NCBI GenBank assembly: GCA_905178155.1
Contig: CAJINV010000002.1
Span: 11,720,591-11,784,590 of the forward strand
From: Amoebophrya sp. A120
Taxonomy: Eukaryota; Protista; Dinoflagellata
Direction of reading: 5' to 3'
Length of the DNA: 64,000 bases
In this document: positions 27,050 through 37,622 of the stretch, one piece after another
Layout of the letters: each line of letters opens with the position of its first letter
Numbering within the stretch: the first letter of the stretch is position 1
Program-made: the position numbers and the translations under genes
Notes under the pieces: model-generated
What the model was told of the DNA's origin: nothing
Seen by the model: the letters and a program-made list of their open reading frames with translations, nothing else
Databases searched by the model: none

Positions 27050-30000
27050 ATGGAGGATTTTATCGCCGCACGTCTAGCGGAGACGCTGGCGCGCGCCAAA
27101 GCCGTTGCGAAGGAAGCCCAGGAGCGCATATCTGCACGAACCGCGCCTGTTGGTCCGACCGTCGGCCAAACCACAGAGGCGCGCCGAAGTACTTCGCCGG
27201 ATAGTTCCTTCACAGCTTCCGCGCAGAAGAGGAGCCACGCAACGCGATCGAGATCAACTTCGCAGATGCTGCGGGCCAAAGTGCTACCGATCACATTGGA
27301 CGATTTGCTGTTGGATAGAGATGCTGTTGACCAGAATCAGTCACCAGACGCGAGCTGCAAAACTATTGTTGCGAGTGCCGAATGCGATCTGCAGCGCAAC
27401 GAGCTGCAAGAGCTGCGGGCAGTCGATACTACTACGTTCGAACCACAAAGAACCGTGGTCGTCAAAAATGATCGTCAACGAACCAACTGCAGCTGTAGCC
27501 CGCCCGTTGCACCGAGTGCGTCGCAGCCTTCCGGATCCAACAGGAAACCGCCCAGCACCATACCAAGTTCGTCCGTCCCGGCGGTTCCCGGGCTGGATCT
27601 AGCGGCCTTGAAAAGACGAAGACGGGATCTGAAAAAACTGAGTCTCACAAGTAAGCCGTTCGTGCAGACCACGAAAAATGCGAAGGTGATGCTACCCTTC
27701 GTGTTCATGGACCTGAACGAAAGCAGCGACCACGGGAGTAGTATGAACTTGAACGATAGCACGAGCGAGGCGAATTTATCCAGCCACGACGAGGGTGCGC
27801 GCAACAGCGTGGCGAGTACCAAGGAAGCGAAGGAAAAGGCAAATCCGGACCGGGCGGAAACGGTGGACGACGCTGCTTTTCTAAATCCACCGGCGGCCCC
27901 AACCTCGTCCACCGAGAGCAGAGCCGTGCGGGCGGAGGGGTCGATCCTGCCCATGGATATCGAAAACATTGCCGAGCTAGCATCGGAGTCCGACGAGCTG
28001 GGGCCTCCTGAGCCGGTCGACGCCAATCATCTGGCAGGAAGCGAGGCCACCGCAAGCGCAAGTGCTGTGGATACGAGTGTGACCGCGTCCGCAGGAACAT
28101 CTGCAGCAGCTGCAGCTGGACAGGCGCCTGACGCCGGGAGCGCCCGTGCAGGATCTTCGGACGCGAATGAGCAAAGCAGCACCCCACAGGATACGACGAG
28201 AACGGAAGTGACATCCAATCCTTCCGAGCATTCCACCTTGCGGTCGCTGTACTTGGCGACGGGAAACAAGGATAAGCGCGGGCCGACTGGCGGCAGGCCG
28301 CCGCCGAAAGTCACGCAGTCAAAGACCCCTCCGCTGAGCAGCAGTTCGCTCACTGCGACGGGTCAAACCTCCCAACAGGCGGCGTCAAAACTGGGTACGC
28401 GCGCGGCGGGCGCCCAAGCCCAGCCTGAAACACCATCAGTCTATTCCGCGCGTAGCAGCAGCGCGTCGAGCGATGTGCCGACGATGGTAGGGACAAGCGT
28501 GCTCGTGATGAACAGTGGCGACAAGAAGAGAAGCCAGAGTCTCGAGCCAGCGGCACTGCGGGAGAACTTTTTGCAGTACTCTCCCGGGGTTCGCCCGGGG
28601 CAGCTTGGCGCGATTCGGAACGCGCGCGCGAGGAACCGGAAGCAGCGCGCCGAGGCCTACAGCCAGCATCTGTACGAAAAGCACCAGGCATATGAGGAAG
28701 ATAAGCGGAGCAAGCGGGAGCAGCAGGAGCTGGAAACCCAGACGGAGCGGGAGCACGGTAGGCTCCGCTTGCTGCTGCAGCACAAGAACAGAAAGCGGCT
28801 GCTCTCGCCCGAGCAGCAAAGCTCCAGCACGGGCCTCCCCGGCCTGGAGGACAGCAAGAAGCTGGTCAGCCAGTTGTCGCGGCGGAACAAGGAGGAGGTG
28901 GCCGAGATCACGAAACGCCTCTACGATGGCGCGTTGCACCACCGGCAGGAGGAACTCGAGTACCGGAAACTGGAGTTCCAGAAGCCGCTGCTAGACGAGC
29001 AGAAGCAGCGGGCGCTTGACCGGAAAAAGGCGGTGCAGTACTACCACCACATGGTGCGCCCACACGCCCCGCCGGTGGAGAGGCCGCGCGCGAGCCGGAG
29101 TCTGTCGGCCGTGGGCTTCCATGACCGGCTGGACCACGAGGTGAACTATCGGAAGCGGAAGCTTGCGGAGCGGCAGGCAAAGCAAATCGCGGAGGCCGAT
29201 GAGCGGATCAAGGCCGCACAGCAAAAGTTGCACGATCGCAACGAGGAGCACTTCCACGGCCGACACGGGGAGGCGGGGCCCAGCTCTCCCTTCCAGCGCA
29301 GCCCCAAGGAGCTGCAGATCTGGCTGCAGACCGTGCTCGGCGAGCGCGAGCGCAGCCTCCGCGAGCGGTCGCGCGAGCGTGAGGAGCGGGAGAAGCAGCA
29401 TTTGGAAAAGGAGCTGGGGGTTTTCTGGAAAAAGGAAGAGGAGCTGAAGGCGCGCGTGTCCGCGGATCAGCTGGACGATCGGTTTGAGTCGCTGTACGAG
29501 GATGCGATGCAACGACTCGAGACCCAGGAGCAGCGAAAAGCAGCGAAGGCCGCAGAGGAGGCGACCTCCCTCCGCGCAGCGCGGGAGCGGGTCGCTCTCG
29601 ACATCGAGACCAACGCGAGCACCGTGGCTCCCAAGCGAAAATACAACAAGGATTCCACGGTGTTTGACGTGCTGTACCAGAACGCGACCGTCCGGAAGAA
29701 GGCGATCGATCGGCGGAAGAAGGAAGAGGATTACGATCTGCAAATGGACATGCGGCGCGCTGGCGCCCACGTGCGGAACAAGGTCAACCGGCAGTACGAC
29801 AAGCACTGCGGGCCCGCCATGAAAAAGGTCCGGGAACAGTCTTCCACCTTCGAGCGGCTCCACCTGCGCACGGACCAGCTCATCGAAAAGTGCACGACCG
29901 AGGGCGGCGCCATGTCCGTGAGCTCGCTGCCGCGGTCGATTCTGAAGCAGAAAGAAAAAAAAGAGCACTACGCGCTCGGCCCGGCCGCGTGTTTCGAAGC

Positions 30001-33000
30001 CGAGCTGGCGACCTTTGATCCGCAAACCGGGGCACGAAAGAGGGTCGACTACGCCCACATTCAGAACCTGCACGATCAGCACTTGATCAAACAGGTCCGC
30101 CGCGTGCAGCTGGTCATCGCGAGGGACGTTTTGTGGGACCGGCTCTTGCGGCTGGCGCGGGAGCGGGTCGCGCAGACGACCAACGGGACCGGGATGGAAC
30201 TGCATCGCAAACTGCAGAACCTCGACACTGTCGCCAACCAGGTCACGTTTTTGAAGGAGCAGGTGGATCTGTTGAAAGCCGAGGCGACGCGACGGGAGCG
30301 CGAAGAACAAGCGAAAGTAATAGATGTTGGCGTTGATGACACGACCGCCTCTGGCGCAGCAGCCCGGGTTAATAGTAAAACTCTTGCGGAGGTAGACGAC
30401 ATCCCAGCGAGATTTTCACCCGCAGGCCGTGGCAAGAAGGTGAAGCAAAAGCAGCCGTGGCAGCCGCACTGGCACAAGCTGGACGTGCTCGAGCGGGTAC
30501 AGCCGGACCGGAAAATTTTGGAAACCGTCCTGGACAGGGAGGATGCCGACGAGACGGCGAAGAGCCACGAGGTTGCGGAGTTGGTGGCTTTCGCGGAGAC
30601 CCGGGTGTACAACAAGGCGTTTTCCAAAGACAGCAAAAATGGCATGGTGGTCAAGAAGAAGGAAGCCACGACATCATCGCCGGTGACTGCGTTGAGTGCC
30701 CAGGAGTTGAAAGAACTGGTGAGGGACTTCGAACAGCGGTACCTGGTAGCGCGGGAAAAGATCCCCTTCCTTGCGGACGCCTATGACGTGTCCGTGAAGC
30801 AGACCCGGGAGGCCGCGGCGAAGTCGGCCGGATTTAAGGACTTGGAGCTCACCAGCAGCAAGGAGGTCATCGCACACACCGCGAAGCGCCGCGCTATTAC
30901 GACACACCCGCTTCAGCGCATGAAGGCCAATTCCGGCAGCCAGTCCAACCACTCCATCACGAGCAGCCTGCGTGTCACAAGGCCGGGAACCGACGCAAAA
31001 GCGGCCGGGAAAGGAGTTCGGATTGCTCCTGCAGCATCTTTATCATCCGCGGGAGTAATGAACGATATCTTGGAGGGTGGTGCGGAGTCTGACGCGCTGA
31101 TGCAATCCGCCGGGGAGATGATGCCCGACCACGACCGCGACATGCTGTCTGCGGGGGAGCAAATGCACTTTGCGGGCGAGGAAGTTGATCTCGCGTCGAG
31201 CAAAAATGAGAAAGAACCCGGCCTCAAGGGGGGCATGCGGAGATCGTTTTCCAATCCAGGGTCGAAGCAGACGAGAAGAATGCAGGACCAGAAGCAAACC
31301 AAGCTCGCGTCCCGCTGGCTGGCGTCGCAGCACCACAGTCCCCCGAAGTCGCAGCCGAGACTGGTGAAGCAGGTGGAGATTGTGAATCTGACTGCCACGG
31401 AGACGAAGACCGGGAAAAAGTCCACGGTGTTGGTGGACCCCAGCGAGTCGCTGCTCGACAAGCACCGGCGTCTGACCGCGGAGGCGGAGCTGATGCGCGC
31501 TTTGGCGTTGGAGGGCGGCAAGCCTGCGGCAGACCTGGCGAACGTGGCGGACAAGCAGCGGGCCTGGCTAACGGAATCCGAGTTCTTGCAGAATTCGGAG
31601 CTGATTTCCCCGCGGCGAAAATTGTTCAACCCCCGCACCCGGGTCCGCAGCATGTCGCCGTCCAACAGCTACAACGCCGTGGACGGGAAGTTTCTTGCGA
31701 AAAACAAGGCCCTGCTCTTCCACGATGAGCAAGTGGAGGTGGCGTTGCGCGAAGCCACTGCGGACCTTGTGGAGGTGATGGAAAAGCAGCTGTTTCCGGA
31801 GGGCTTGTTTCTCCCAATAACAAGAAGTTCTGTTTTTACCAGCAGTCTCGACGAGCAGTTCAGGGACAGCAATGCGAAAATCGCGAAATTGCTGTCCTGT
31901 TCGAGGGGGTTCAAGCAGCCGCCGAAAGCTGGAACAAATCTCTCTTCAACATCATCAGCTGCAACAACGACCTCATCTCTACTGCAAATAACCGGCGACG
32001 AAGCTGCGCTTTCCTCCCTCGCGGCGAAGCAACAGGAGAAGATCACCACCCTGGCGCAGCACGCACGGTTCGTGATTGCGGACGAGTTCGGCGATCCGCG
32101 GGACGTAGTAGTGGACTTGAAGCCGATAGACAATTTCACGGGCCAGAATCGCGGCCCTCTAGCTGCCACGCGGCAAACGTCGTTCCGCGACCTGGACCGC
32201 AAGCAGGGAAAGCACCTCCGCCACGACGCGCGCAGCCCGTCGCGGATCGCGCGGACCATCCAGGCGCTGGACTCCGGGAAGTTGAACTTAGAGGAAGTGG
32301 TTCGCCTCACGATCGCGAAGTGCCTGACGACCAGCGAGAACAACGTGAACACCTCGAACAGCACGCGGAAGGAGAGCGTGCTGAAGAAGCACAATGTGCT
32401 GGTCACCCAATCCGTGCTGGAAACCGAGCTGACGCGGCAGTTCGAGCGGTACGAGAACAAAAAGGAGATCGACTTCAAGACGCTTGCGTTCTACTGCCGC
32501 CAGATTTTGGCGCTGGTGATCAAGCGGAAGCACGCGCACGTGCAGAAGGCGCGCGAGGAGCAGGCGGCGGTAAAGATCACCGAGGAGCTGCGGAACGCGC
32601 AAAGCAAGCGGAGAGCCGAAATCGACGCGTACCGCAAGCGGTTTCTGGACTTGACCCGGTTCGAGCACACCACCGTGCGCCCGACGATCGCGCACCCCTG
32701 TCTGATCGGCACGGAGAAGGAGAAGGAGGAGAGCCGCCAGCAGCTGGAGCAGACGCTGGGCAAGAAGCTGGAGCGCGCGGAGAAGGTGCTGGCGTTGACG
32801 GCGCAGCGGAGGAGCGAGAGGCGCGGGGCGGAGAAGAAGAGTCACGATCACCAGGAGATGCTGCGGAGCAGTAGTAGACGCGGTTCGAAGATGGCCAGTG
32901 GTGCGGCCGCCGGCGGGTTCTTCGAAAACGCGACTCAGTGGATTCCGACGAAAAACGTCAAGGCGGAGAACCGGAAGTCACTTGCGGGCGCAACAGGTTC

Positions 33001-33964
33001 ATCTTCCGACGCAATGGTGAACATTCAGGAGATGGTCAGCGAGATTCAGACCTACGGCTACCAGCCTGCGGAGCGGGTTTCCCACGCGGCCAAGATGGCG
33101 CTCGCGAAGAGGAAGGAAGCAAGACGGCGCACGACGTCCGTCGGATTCGCCGCGCCCGACGTGCTGAACTTTTCCGTGTCGGACCAGGGAACCGAACAGA
33201 TTTACAGCACTACTTCAGGGGAAGAAGCGGAGATGTCGTATCCCCGCCCGCGGCCGGTCGAGACGGCACTGTACGACGGGCAGCTCGACTCCGAGTCAGA
33301 GGACCATGTGGAGCTAGACTCCAGCCTCGGCGGAGGTCCTTCTGGCGACATTCTGTCGCCATCCAAAGACAATGTGCTGTCCTCGACCAACGAGAGCGCG
33401 TCGATCATCGGCGCGCCGACGGACGGACAGGTGACGAGGATGAAACAAGGAACTAGTGATCTCGAAACTGGACAGGCAGAAGCGCGAGTGCCGAGTACGC
33501 TTTACCAGCTGGGCCAGAATTCCGACTCCTCCTTGGAGGAGAGGCCAGACTTCATGCCGGGCGAGCCGCAAGACGCAGTTTTGACTGCAGATCGCGACGA
33601 GCAAAACCTCCACCGGTACTACACCACGGCCAGCATGGAAGAGTTCGAGAGCGACCCGGACGCTAAAGCAGCTGAAGCTGTGGATTCGAATGAGGAGAAG
33701 AATCCTGCAGCTGCGCTCTCCGTCAGAGACTCGGCTGCCGCCGCCTCCGGTTCCGTAAGTAGAGCCTCCGACTCCGCACGACTGTCAGCTGGTATAATAT
33801 CATCGGGGGATCCCGTGAGCAACTATCCGGAGAGCAGCACGGTGGACCCGCTGGCTTCCGCCGCCGAAAAGATGATCTCGCAGCAAGATTCTGCGATGTT
33901 GGAAGAGCTCGAGGAGGACGCTGGCGCCGTGCCAGCCAAAATTTTAGAAGAAGCCGTAGACTGA
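27050..33964 (+). CDS. 2304-aa intronless coiled-coil/low-complexity protein (possibly cytoskeletal or flagellar)
   Basis: Single long ORF with E/R/K/Q-rich helical segments and recurring F..LY..A motifs (RLYDGA, FESLYEDA, FDVLYQNA). Confidence 0.8.
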   Translation: MEDFIAARLAETLARAKAVAKEAQERISARTAPVGPTVGQTTEARRSTSPDSSFTASAQKRSHATRSRSTSQMLRAKVLPITLDDLLLDRDAVDQNQSPDASCKTIVASAECDLQRNELQELRAVDTTTFEPQRTVVVKNDRQRTNCSCSPPVAPSASQPSGSNRKPPSTIPSSSVPAVPGLDLAALKRRRRDLKKLSLTSKPFVQTTKNAKVMLPFVFMDLNESSDHGSSMNLNDSTSEANLSSHDEGARNSVASTKEAKEKANPDRAETVDDAAFLNPPAAPTSSTESRAVRAEGSILPMDIENIAELASESDELGPPEPVDANHLAGSEATASASAVDTSVTASAGTSAAAAAGQAPDAGSARAGSSDANEQSSTPQDTTRTEVTSNPSEHSTLRSLYLATGNKDKRGPTGGRPPPKVTQSKTPPLSSSSLTATGQTSQQAASKLGTRAAGAQAQPETPSVYSARSSSASSDVPTMVGTSVLVMNSGDKKRSQSLEPAALRENFLQYSPGVRPGQLGAIRNARARNRKQRAEAYSQHLYEKHQAYEEDKRSKREQQELETQTEREHGRLRLLLQHKNRKRLLSPEQQSSSTGLPGLEDSKKLVSQLSRRNKEEVAEITKRLYDGALHHRQEELEYRKLEFQKPLLDEQKQRALDRKKAVQYYHHMVRPHAPPVERPRASRSLSAVGFHDRLDHEVNYRKRKLAERQAKQIAEADERIKAAQQKLHDRNEEHFHGRHGEAGPSSPFQRSPKELQIWLQTVLGERERSLRERSREREEREKQHLEKELGVFWKKEEELKARVSADQLDDRFESLYEDAMQRLETQEQRKAAKAAEEATSLRAARERVALDIETNASTVAPKRKYNKDSTVFDVLYQNATVRKKAIDRRKKEEDYDLQMDMRRAGAHVRNKVNRQYDKHCGPAMKKVREQSSTFERLHLRTDQLIEKCTTEGGAMSVSSLPRSILKQKEKKEHYALGPAACFEAELATFDPQTGARKRVDYAHIQNLHDQHLIKQVRRVQLVIARDVLWDRLLRLARERVAQTTNGTGMELHRKLQNLDTVANQVTFLKEQVDLLKAEATRREREEQAKVIDVGVDDTTASGAAARVNSKTLAEVDDIPARFSPAGRGKKVKQKQPWQPHWHKLDVLERVQPDRKILETVLDREDADETAKSHEVAELVAFAETRVYNKAFSKDSKNGMVVKKKEATTSSPVTALSAQELKELVRDFEQRYLVAREKIPFLADAYDVSVKQTREAAAKSAGFKDLELTSSKEVIAHTAKRRAITTHPLQRMKANSGSQSNHSITSSLRVTRPGTDAKAAGKGVRIAPAASLSSAGVMNDILEGGAESDALMQSAGEMMPDHDRDMLSAGEQMHFAGEEVDLASSKNEKEPGLKGGMRRSFSNPGSKQTRRMQDQKQTKLASRWLASQHHSPPKSQPRLVKQVEIVNLTATETKTGKKSTVLVDPSESLLDKHRRLTAEAELMRALALEGGKPAADLANVADKQRAWLTESEFLQNSELISPRRKLFNPRTRVRSMSPSNSYNAVDGKFLAKNKALLFHDEQVEVALREATADLVEVMEKQLFPEGLFLPITRSSVFTSSLDEQFRDSNAKIAKLLSCSRGFKQPPKAGTNLSSTSSAATTTSSLLQITGDEAALSSLAAKQQEKITTLAQHARFVIADEFGDPRDVVVDLKPIDNFTGQNRGPLAATRQTSFRDLDRKQGKHLRHDARSPSRIARTIQALDSGKLNLEEVVRLTIAKCLTTSENNVNTSNSTRKESVLKKHNVLVTQSVLETELTRQFERYENKKEIDFKTLAFYCRQILALVIKRKHAHVQKAREEQAAVKITEELRNAQSKRRAEIDAYRKRFLDLTRFEHTTVRPTIAHPCLIGTEKEKEESRQQLEQTLGKKLERAEKVLALTAQRRSERRGAEKKSHDHQEMLRSSSRRGSKMASGAAAGGFFENATQWIPTKNVKAENRKSLAGATGSSSDAMVNIQEMVSEIQTYGYQPAERVSHAAKMALAKRKEARRRTTSVGFAAPDVLNFSVSDQGTEQIYSTTSGEEAEMSYPRPRPVETALYDGQLDSESEDHVELDSSLGGGPSGDILSPSKDNVLSSTNESASIIGAPTDGQVTRMKQGTSDLETGQAEARVPSTLYQLGQNSDSSLEERPDFMPGEPQDAVLTADRDEQNLHRYYTTASMEEFESDPDAKAAEAVDSNEEKNPAAALSVRDSAAAASGSVSRASDSARLSAGIISSGDPVSNYPESSTVDPLASAAEKMISQQDSAMLEELEEDAGAVPAKILEEAVD

Positions 33965-34777
33965 ACTGCTCAAGGCGAGCCGTAAAGGAACTTAGCGCAA
34001 AAACACAAGTAAGTACCCCTTGATTGTTGTTTGTGCGACACATTTTACGGATATAATCTTCTAGTTGTGTGTGTTTTCATCTTTTTGTTTCAAGTTTTTG
34101 CTTTCAGGACCAAACAAAATGTTTTTCGCACCAACACCGCGAGCAAGCTGTTTCTAAAAGAAAAATCGAGCGAAGCGAACTAATTCGAAGGTGTGTTTTC
34201 GCCACTTTTTGATTGTAGTGTTTCTTTGTCGGCGGTCGAAATCTTGCAATTGTAACGACCAGAAAAGTTGTACTAGTTCGTGGACAATCTTCGGTACCGG
34301 AAGAAAGGCAGAGCAAATTTACGAAATGATCCCAAAGTCAGGCGGAGATCCAAATCGAGATCTGGAAATAGAAAGCGATCTTCGAGGCCTGTTGAGATCG
34401 ATTCTCCAAGGTTCAAAAAAGTATTGGCCATGTCGGTTCGTTCCCCGTAGATCGGTTACGTTTTCTATTGCAGACGTGCCCGTGACCTGATTCTGAAATT
34501 GGTGAAGCCACACAATCTCAATTCGCATCCAAGTGTTTTATTTCCTTCTCTTGCAGCCGAATTTCAATTTGATAACGCTACGCTAGTTTTTGATGATTCG
34601 GTTTTTCACTTGAAGTCGTAAAACGCAATATTAGAAGATAAAAAGTAAGACAATTTTAACATTAATTTGAGCCAGATCAAGAACTGTTCTTGATCGGAAA
34701 AAATTATTGCACATAGGACATAAAAATTGACCAATTGCAGAAGTTGGAAAGAGATTGAATGCTTGTTGGGAAAGAGA

Positions 34778-35266
34778 ATGCCTGACCCAGTGGCCGAACC
34801 TGAAAAGGCCCCGCGTTGTCGCGACGACCGCAACCCGATCGGTGTGTGCGCGTGCGACAAGCGCGACGAGCCCAGCTGTTGCTGTGTGTGGTTCTGTGCA
34901 CCGTGCGTGTTTACCAACTACGAAGGTTGCAACCTCGTCGCGGTGCTCGTCTGGCTGTTTCCCTTTTTCTTCGCGCCCTACGTGTGGTGCTGCTGGCAGC
35001 CGCCCATCTGGGGCCGGCACTACAACAAGGAGCGGATTCTCATCGGGCAAGCGCACAAGACAAAGTTCGTCGCCACCGGATCGGCGGCCGCCGCGGGGAC
35101 CGCTTGCGGCGCGCAGGCGTTCCCGGAGTGGAATGACGACGTGAACAGCTTTCGGTGGAGTTCCCTGGTGAACGAACAAAACAGCTACATTGAAAATTGC
35201 GAAGACGAGGAGGAGTTTCCGCTTGTTCTGGCCCAGCCCGGGGGAAACTACAACGGCGGGAACTAG
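34778..35266 (+). CDS. Small Cys-rich membrane protein (PLAC8/cornifelin-like features)
   Basis: CCCVWFCAPC motif followed by hydrophobic LVAVLVWLFPFFFAPYVWCCW. GC-rich coding composition between AT-richer flanks. Confidence 0.6.
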   Translation: MPDPVAEPEKAPRCRDDRNPIGVCACDKRDEPSCCCVWFCAPCVFTNYEGCNLVAVLVWLFPFFFAPYVWCCWQPPIWGRHYNKERILIGQAHKTKFVATGSAAAAGTACGAQAFPEWNDDVNSFRWSSLVNEQNSYIENCEDEEEFPLVLAQPGGNYNGGN

Positions 35267-36347
35267 AAGACAACTAGGATCTCGTAACACGGGCGGCAGA
35301 TTTCATCCCGACGGGAGATGGTGAAAATGGATGGTTCCAGATGACGCTGCGAAGCTTCAACATCTATGAGTTCTGTTTGTGCCTTGTAGAACAAGAACCT
35401 AACTGGATAGATGCTGATAAGTGTTGTTGCAACAAGGAACTCAAGGATGTTGAGAAGATCCCCCACGACGAAGCGACGAAGTGATTATCAGTTGTCGAAT
35501 CGAGCGGACATACTGCGCTGCGTTGTGATGGTCGCCTAATGTAACGAGGAACCAGGGAAAACGAAAAACAATGATGCGGCACCACGCAGAATCCCCTAAG
35601 AAAGTATAACATATGATATCCCAGGCGGAGGAGAAGAAATATCGAAAAAGCATCGAACATTAAAAGAACAGCTGTAAGAAAATGTTGTCAAACGGTGCGT
35701 GGAGGAACGACGGGTAGTTGCGTGGTATGCTCACCTCCGTCGCACTCCGGAGAGGACTGTACGACTACCGTCGTGCCTGCACCACCGGGCTTAATTGAGT
35801 GGAAAGTACATGACTAGATCTGGACGGTGAAGAGAAATACAAGTACGCACTACGTACTTTTTACTCCTGCACTGATGTCCACCGCATTTGTAGTTGAGCA
35901 GTAATGGTGGAGCCTCGAAGTGCGCGCCTAGCTGTGTTGCGTAAACGCAGTGTGCACGCGCGTTTTGTGGGACCACACAGCAGACAAGGTTTTGATGAGA
36001 CACAGCACGCTACAACAAGTCTTTGGAAAAAAGAAAGCACATCCTATTGACACTTTCGTCGAAGTCGCAGATGCGCAGCGCTTTCTAAAAAGGAGAAGCA
36101 ATCCATTCGGACGAGGTGCATGTTCTTTCCTGGTGAACTCGTGTGGTTCTCGTAGCGCATGATCCAGAAGTGATGTAGGAGAGAAGGAGAACAAGCGGCC
36201 TGGAGTACATTACAACTACTCGTCTTTGTCGTGCTTCAGTTTCGAGCGTGTAAAAAAGCGTGTTTTTCTTTGTACAATGAATTATATGCGCAGGAAACTG
36301 ATGCTGATTTGGTTTTGGAGCATACGTAAAACAATTTTCATCCAGGA

Positions 36348-37622
36348 ATGAGTCCGGTTACGGGAGACAGATGTGAAGATGAAAATGAGGTGGTGATAAT
36401 TCTCACACGGGAGACGGGCAGCAACGCCAAGCTGCAAGATGCGGTACTTGAGGGGATACACCGACGTGATGCAGAACTTGGACAGAAAATCGCAGTGCGG
36501 TTCCTGGAAGCGCCGGCCGTGTGTTTCCGTCCGCTGCCAATCGAGCGGAAGTTGCTCGAGGAAGCCGACGGAGAAAGATGCTTTTCTTGGGTGTGCCTCA
36601 CCTCGCCCGAGGCTGCGAGGCAATTTTGTCGTGCGCTAACCGCAGACCCAGGGCTGTTTCTCGCTTCTCTCCTAGGTGGAACGACGGGCCGTGCGAGCGG
36701 AGATGAAACCGCCACTGCTAAACATGTTGAGGCGGCAAGGATAGCCTGTGTGGGTGAGGCGACAGCGGAAGCGCTGCAAGTAGCTGTTGAGACGATTTTT
36801 TCTTCTGCTGCAGGAAACGAAGCTGGTAGTACCAATTCTGCTCCTGCCACACCCGCGCAGCGGCAAGAAAAAGTTGAGAAGCAGCTGCAAAAAGTCAAGC
36901 AGTGGGTGGAAACGCACAGTGCCGACTGCTTCATTCCCCCAACCGCAAATGCTAAGGCGCTCGGGAAAACGCTGCCGATCCGAGGACAGAAGGAGCCTGT
37001 CGATGGTGAGGGCTCCGCGCATTTTCCAAAAAATGTCAACCGAGTCCTTTTGCCCTGCAGTTCAGAGCAAAGGCCCGATTTAGCGCAGGGATTGACTTCG
37101 CGAGGCTTCGCCGTCGTGTCTCTCGCTACGTACGCTACGGGTGCGGTCGAAAGTCCTCCGTCGGAACTGGTGGAAAGCGGTTGCTTATATACAGGGCCGA
37201 CACACACCGTCGTGCCGAAGAGCACCCGGCCCACGTGTTTGTGGACATTTGCGTCCCCCTCCGCTGCGCAGGCGTGTTCGCGATGGTGCGAGCAGGGGAC
37301 AGATTTGCAGACGGGCTCGGTGCAGGCCGCTGCCTGCATAGGCGAAACGACTGCGGAAGCCTGTCGCAGGTTCTTTCCGCACGCAGAGGTTTTTTGTCCG
37401 GACGACAGTCCGGGGGTAGGTCCGTGGGCGGAGACAATTCTAGCGTGGCTCGCTACTAATACTAAACATGGCAAAGAGCAGCGGACTGGAGGTTGTAGTG
37501 CAGGAACAAGAACTGTAGTAGAAAATGATGATGTTCCGACGGCCCAAATGAGGAAGGGGGGGGCCGCCGAGAGCGTCCGAACTGCGTCGGGGGGGCGTTG
37601 CACGATAAGGCAAGCGGCTTAG
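36348..37622 (+). CDS. hemD: Uroporphyrinogen-III synthase, plant/algal type
   Basis: Motifs ILTRETGSN, WVCLTSPEA, ACVGEATA, PPTANAKAL, GLTSRGFAVVSLATYAT, ASPSA and ACIGETTA appear in the order typical of UROS/HemD. Confidence 0.88.
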   Translation: MSPVTGDRCEDENEVVIILTRETGSNAKLQDAVLEGIHRRDAELGQKIAVRFLEAPAVCFRPLPIERKLLEEADGERCFSWVCLTSPEAARQFCRALTADPGLFLASLLGGTTGRASGDETATAKHVEAARIACVGEATAEALQVAVETIFSSAAGNEAGSTNSAPATPAQRQEKVEKQLQKVKQWVETHSADCFIPPTANAKALGKTLPIRGQKEPVDGEGSAHFPKNVNRVLLPCSSEQRPDLAQGLTSRGFAVVSLATYATGAVESPPSELVESGCLYTGPTHTVVPKSTRPTCLWTFASPSAAQACSRWCEQGTDLQTGSVQAAACIGETTAEACRRFFPHAEVFCPDDSPGVGPWAETILAWLATNTKHGKEQRTGGCSAGTRTVVENDDVPTAQMRKGGAAESVRTASGGRCTIRQAA

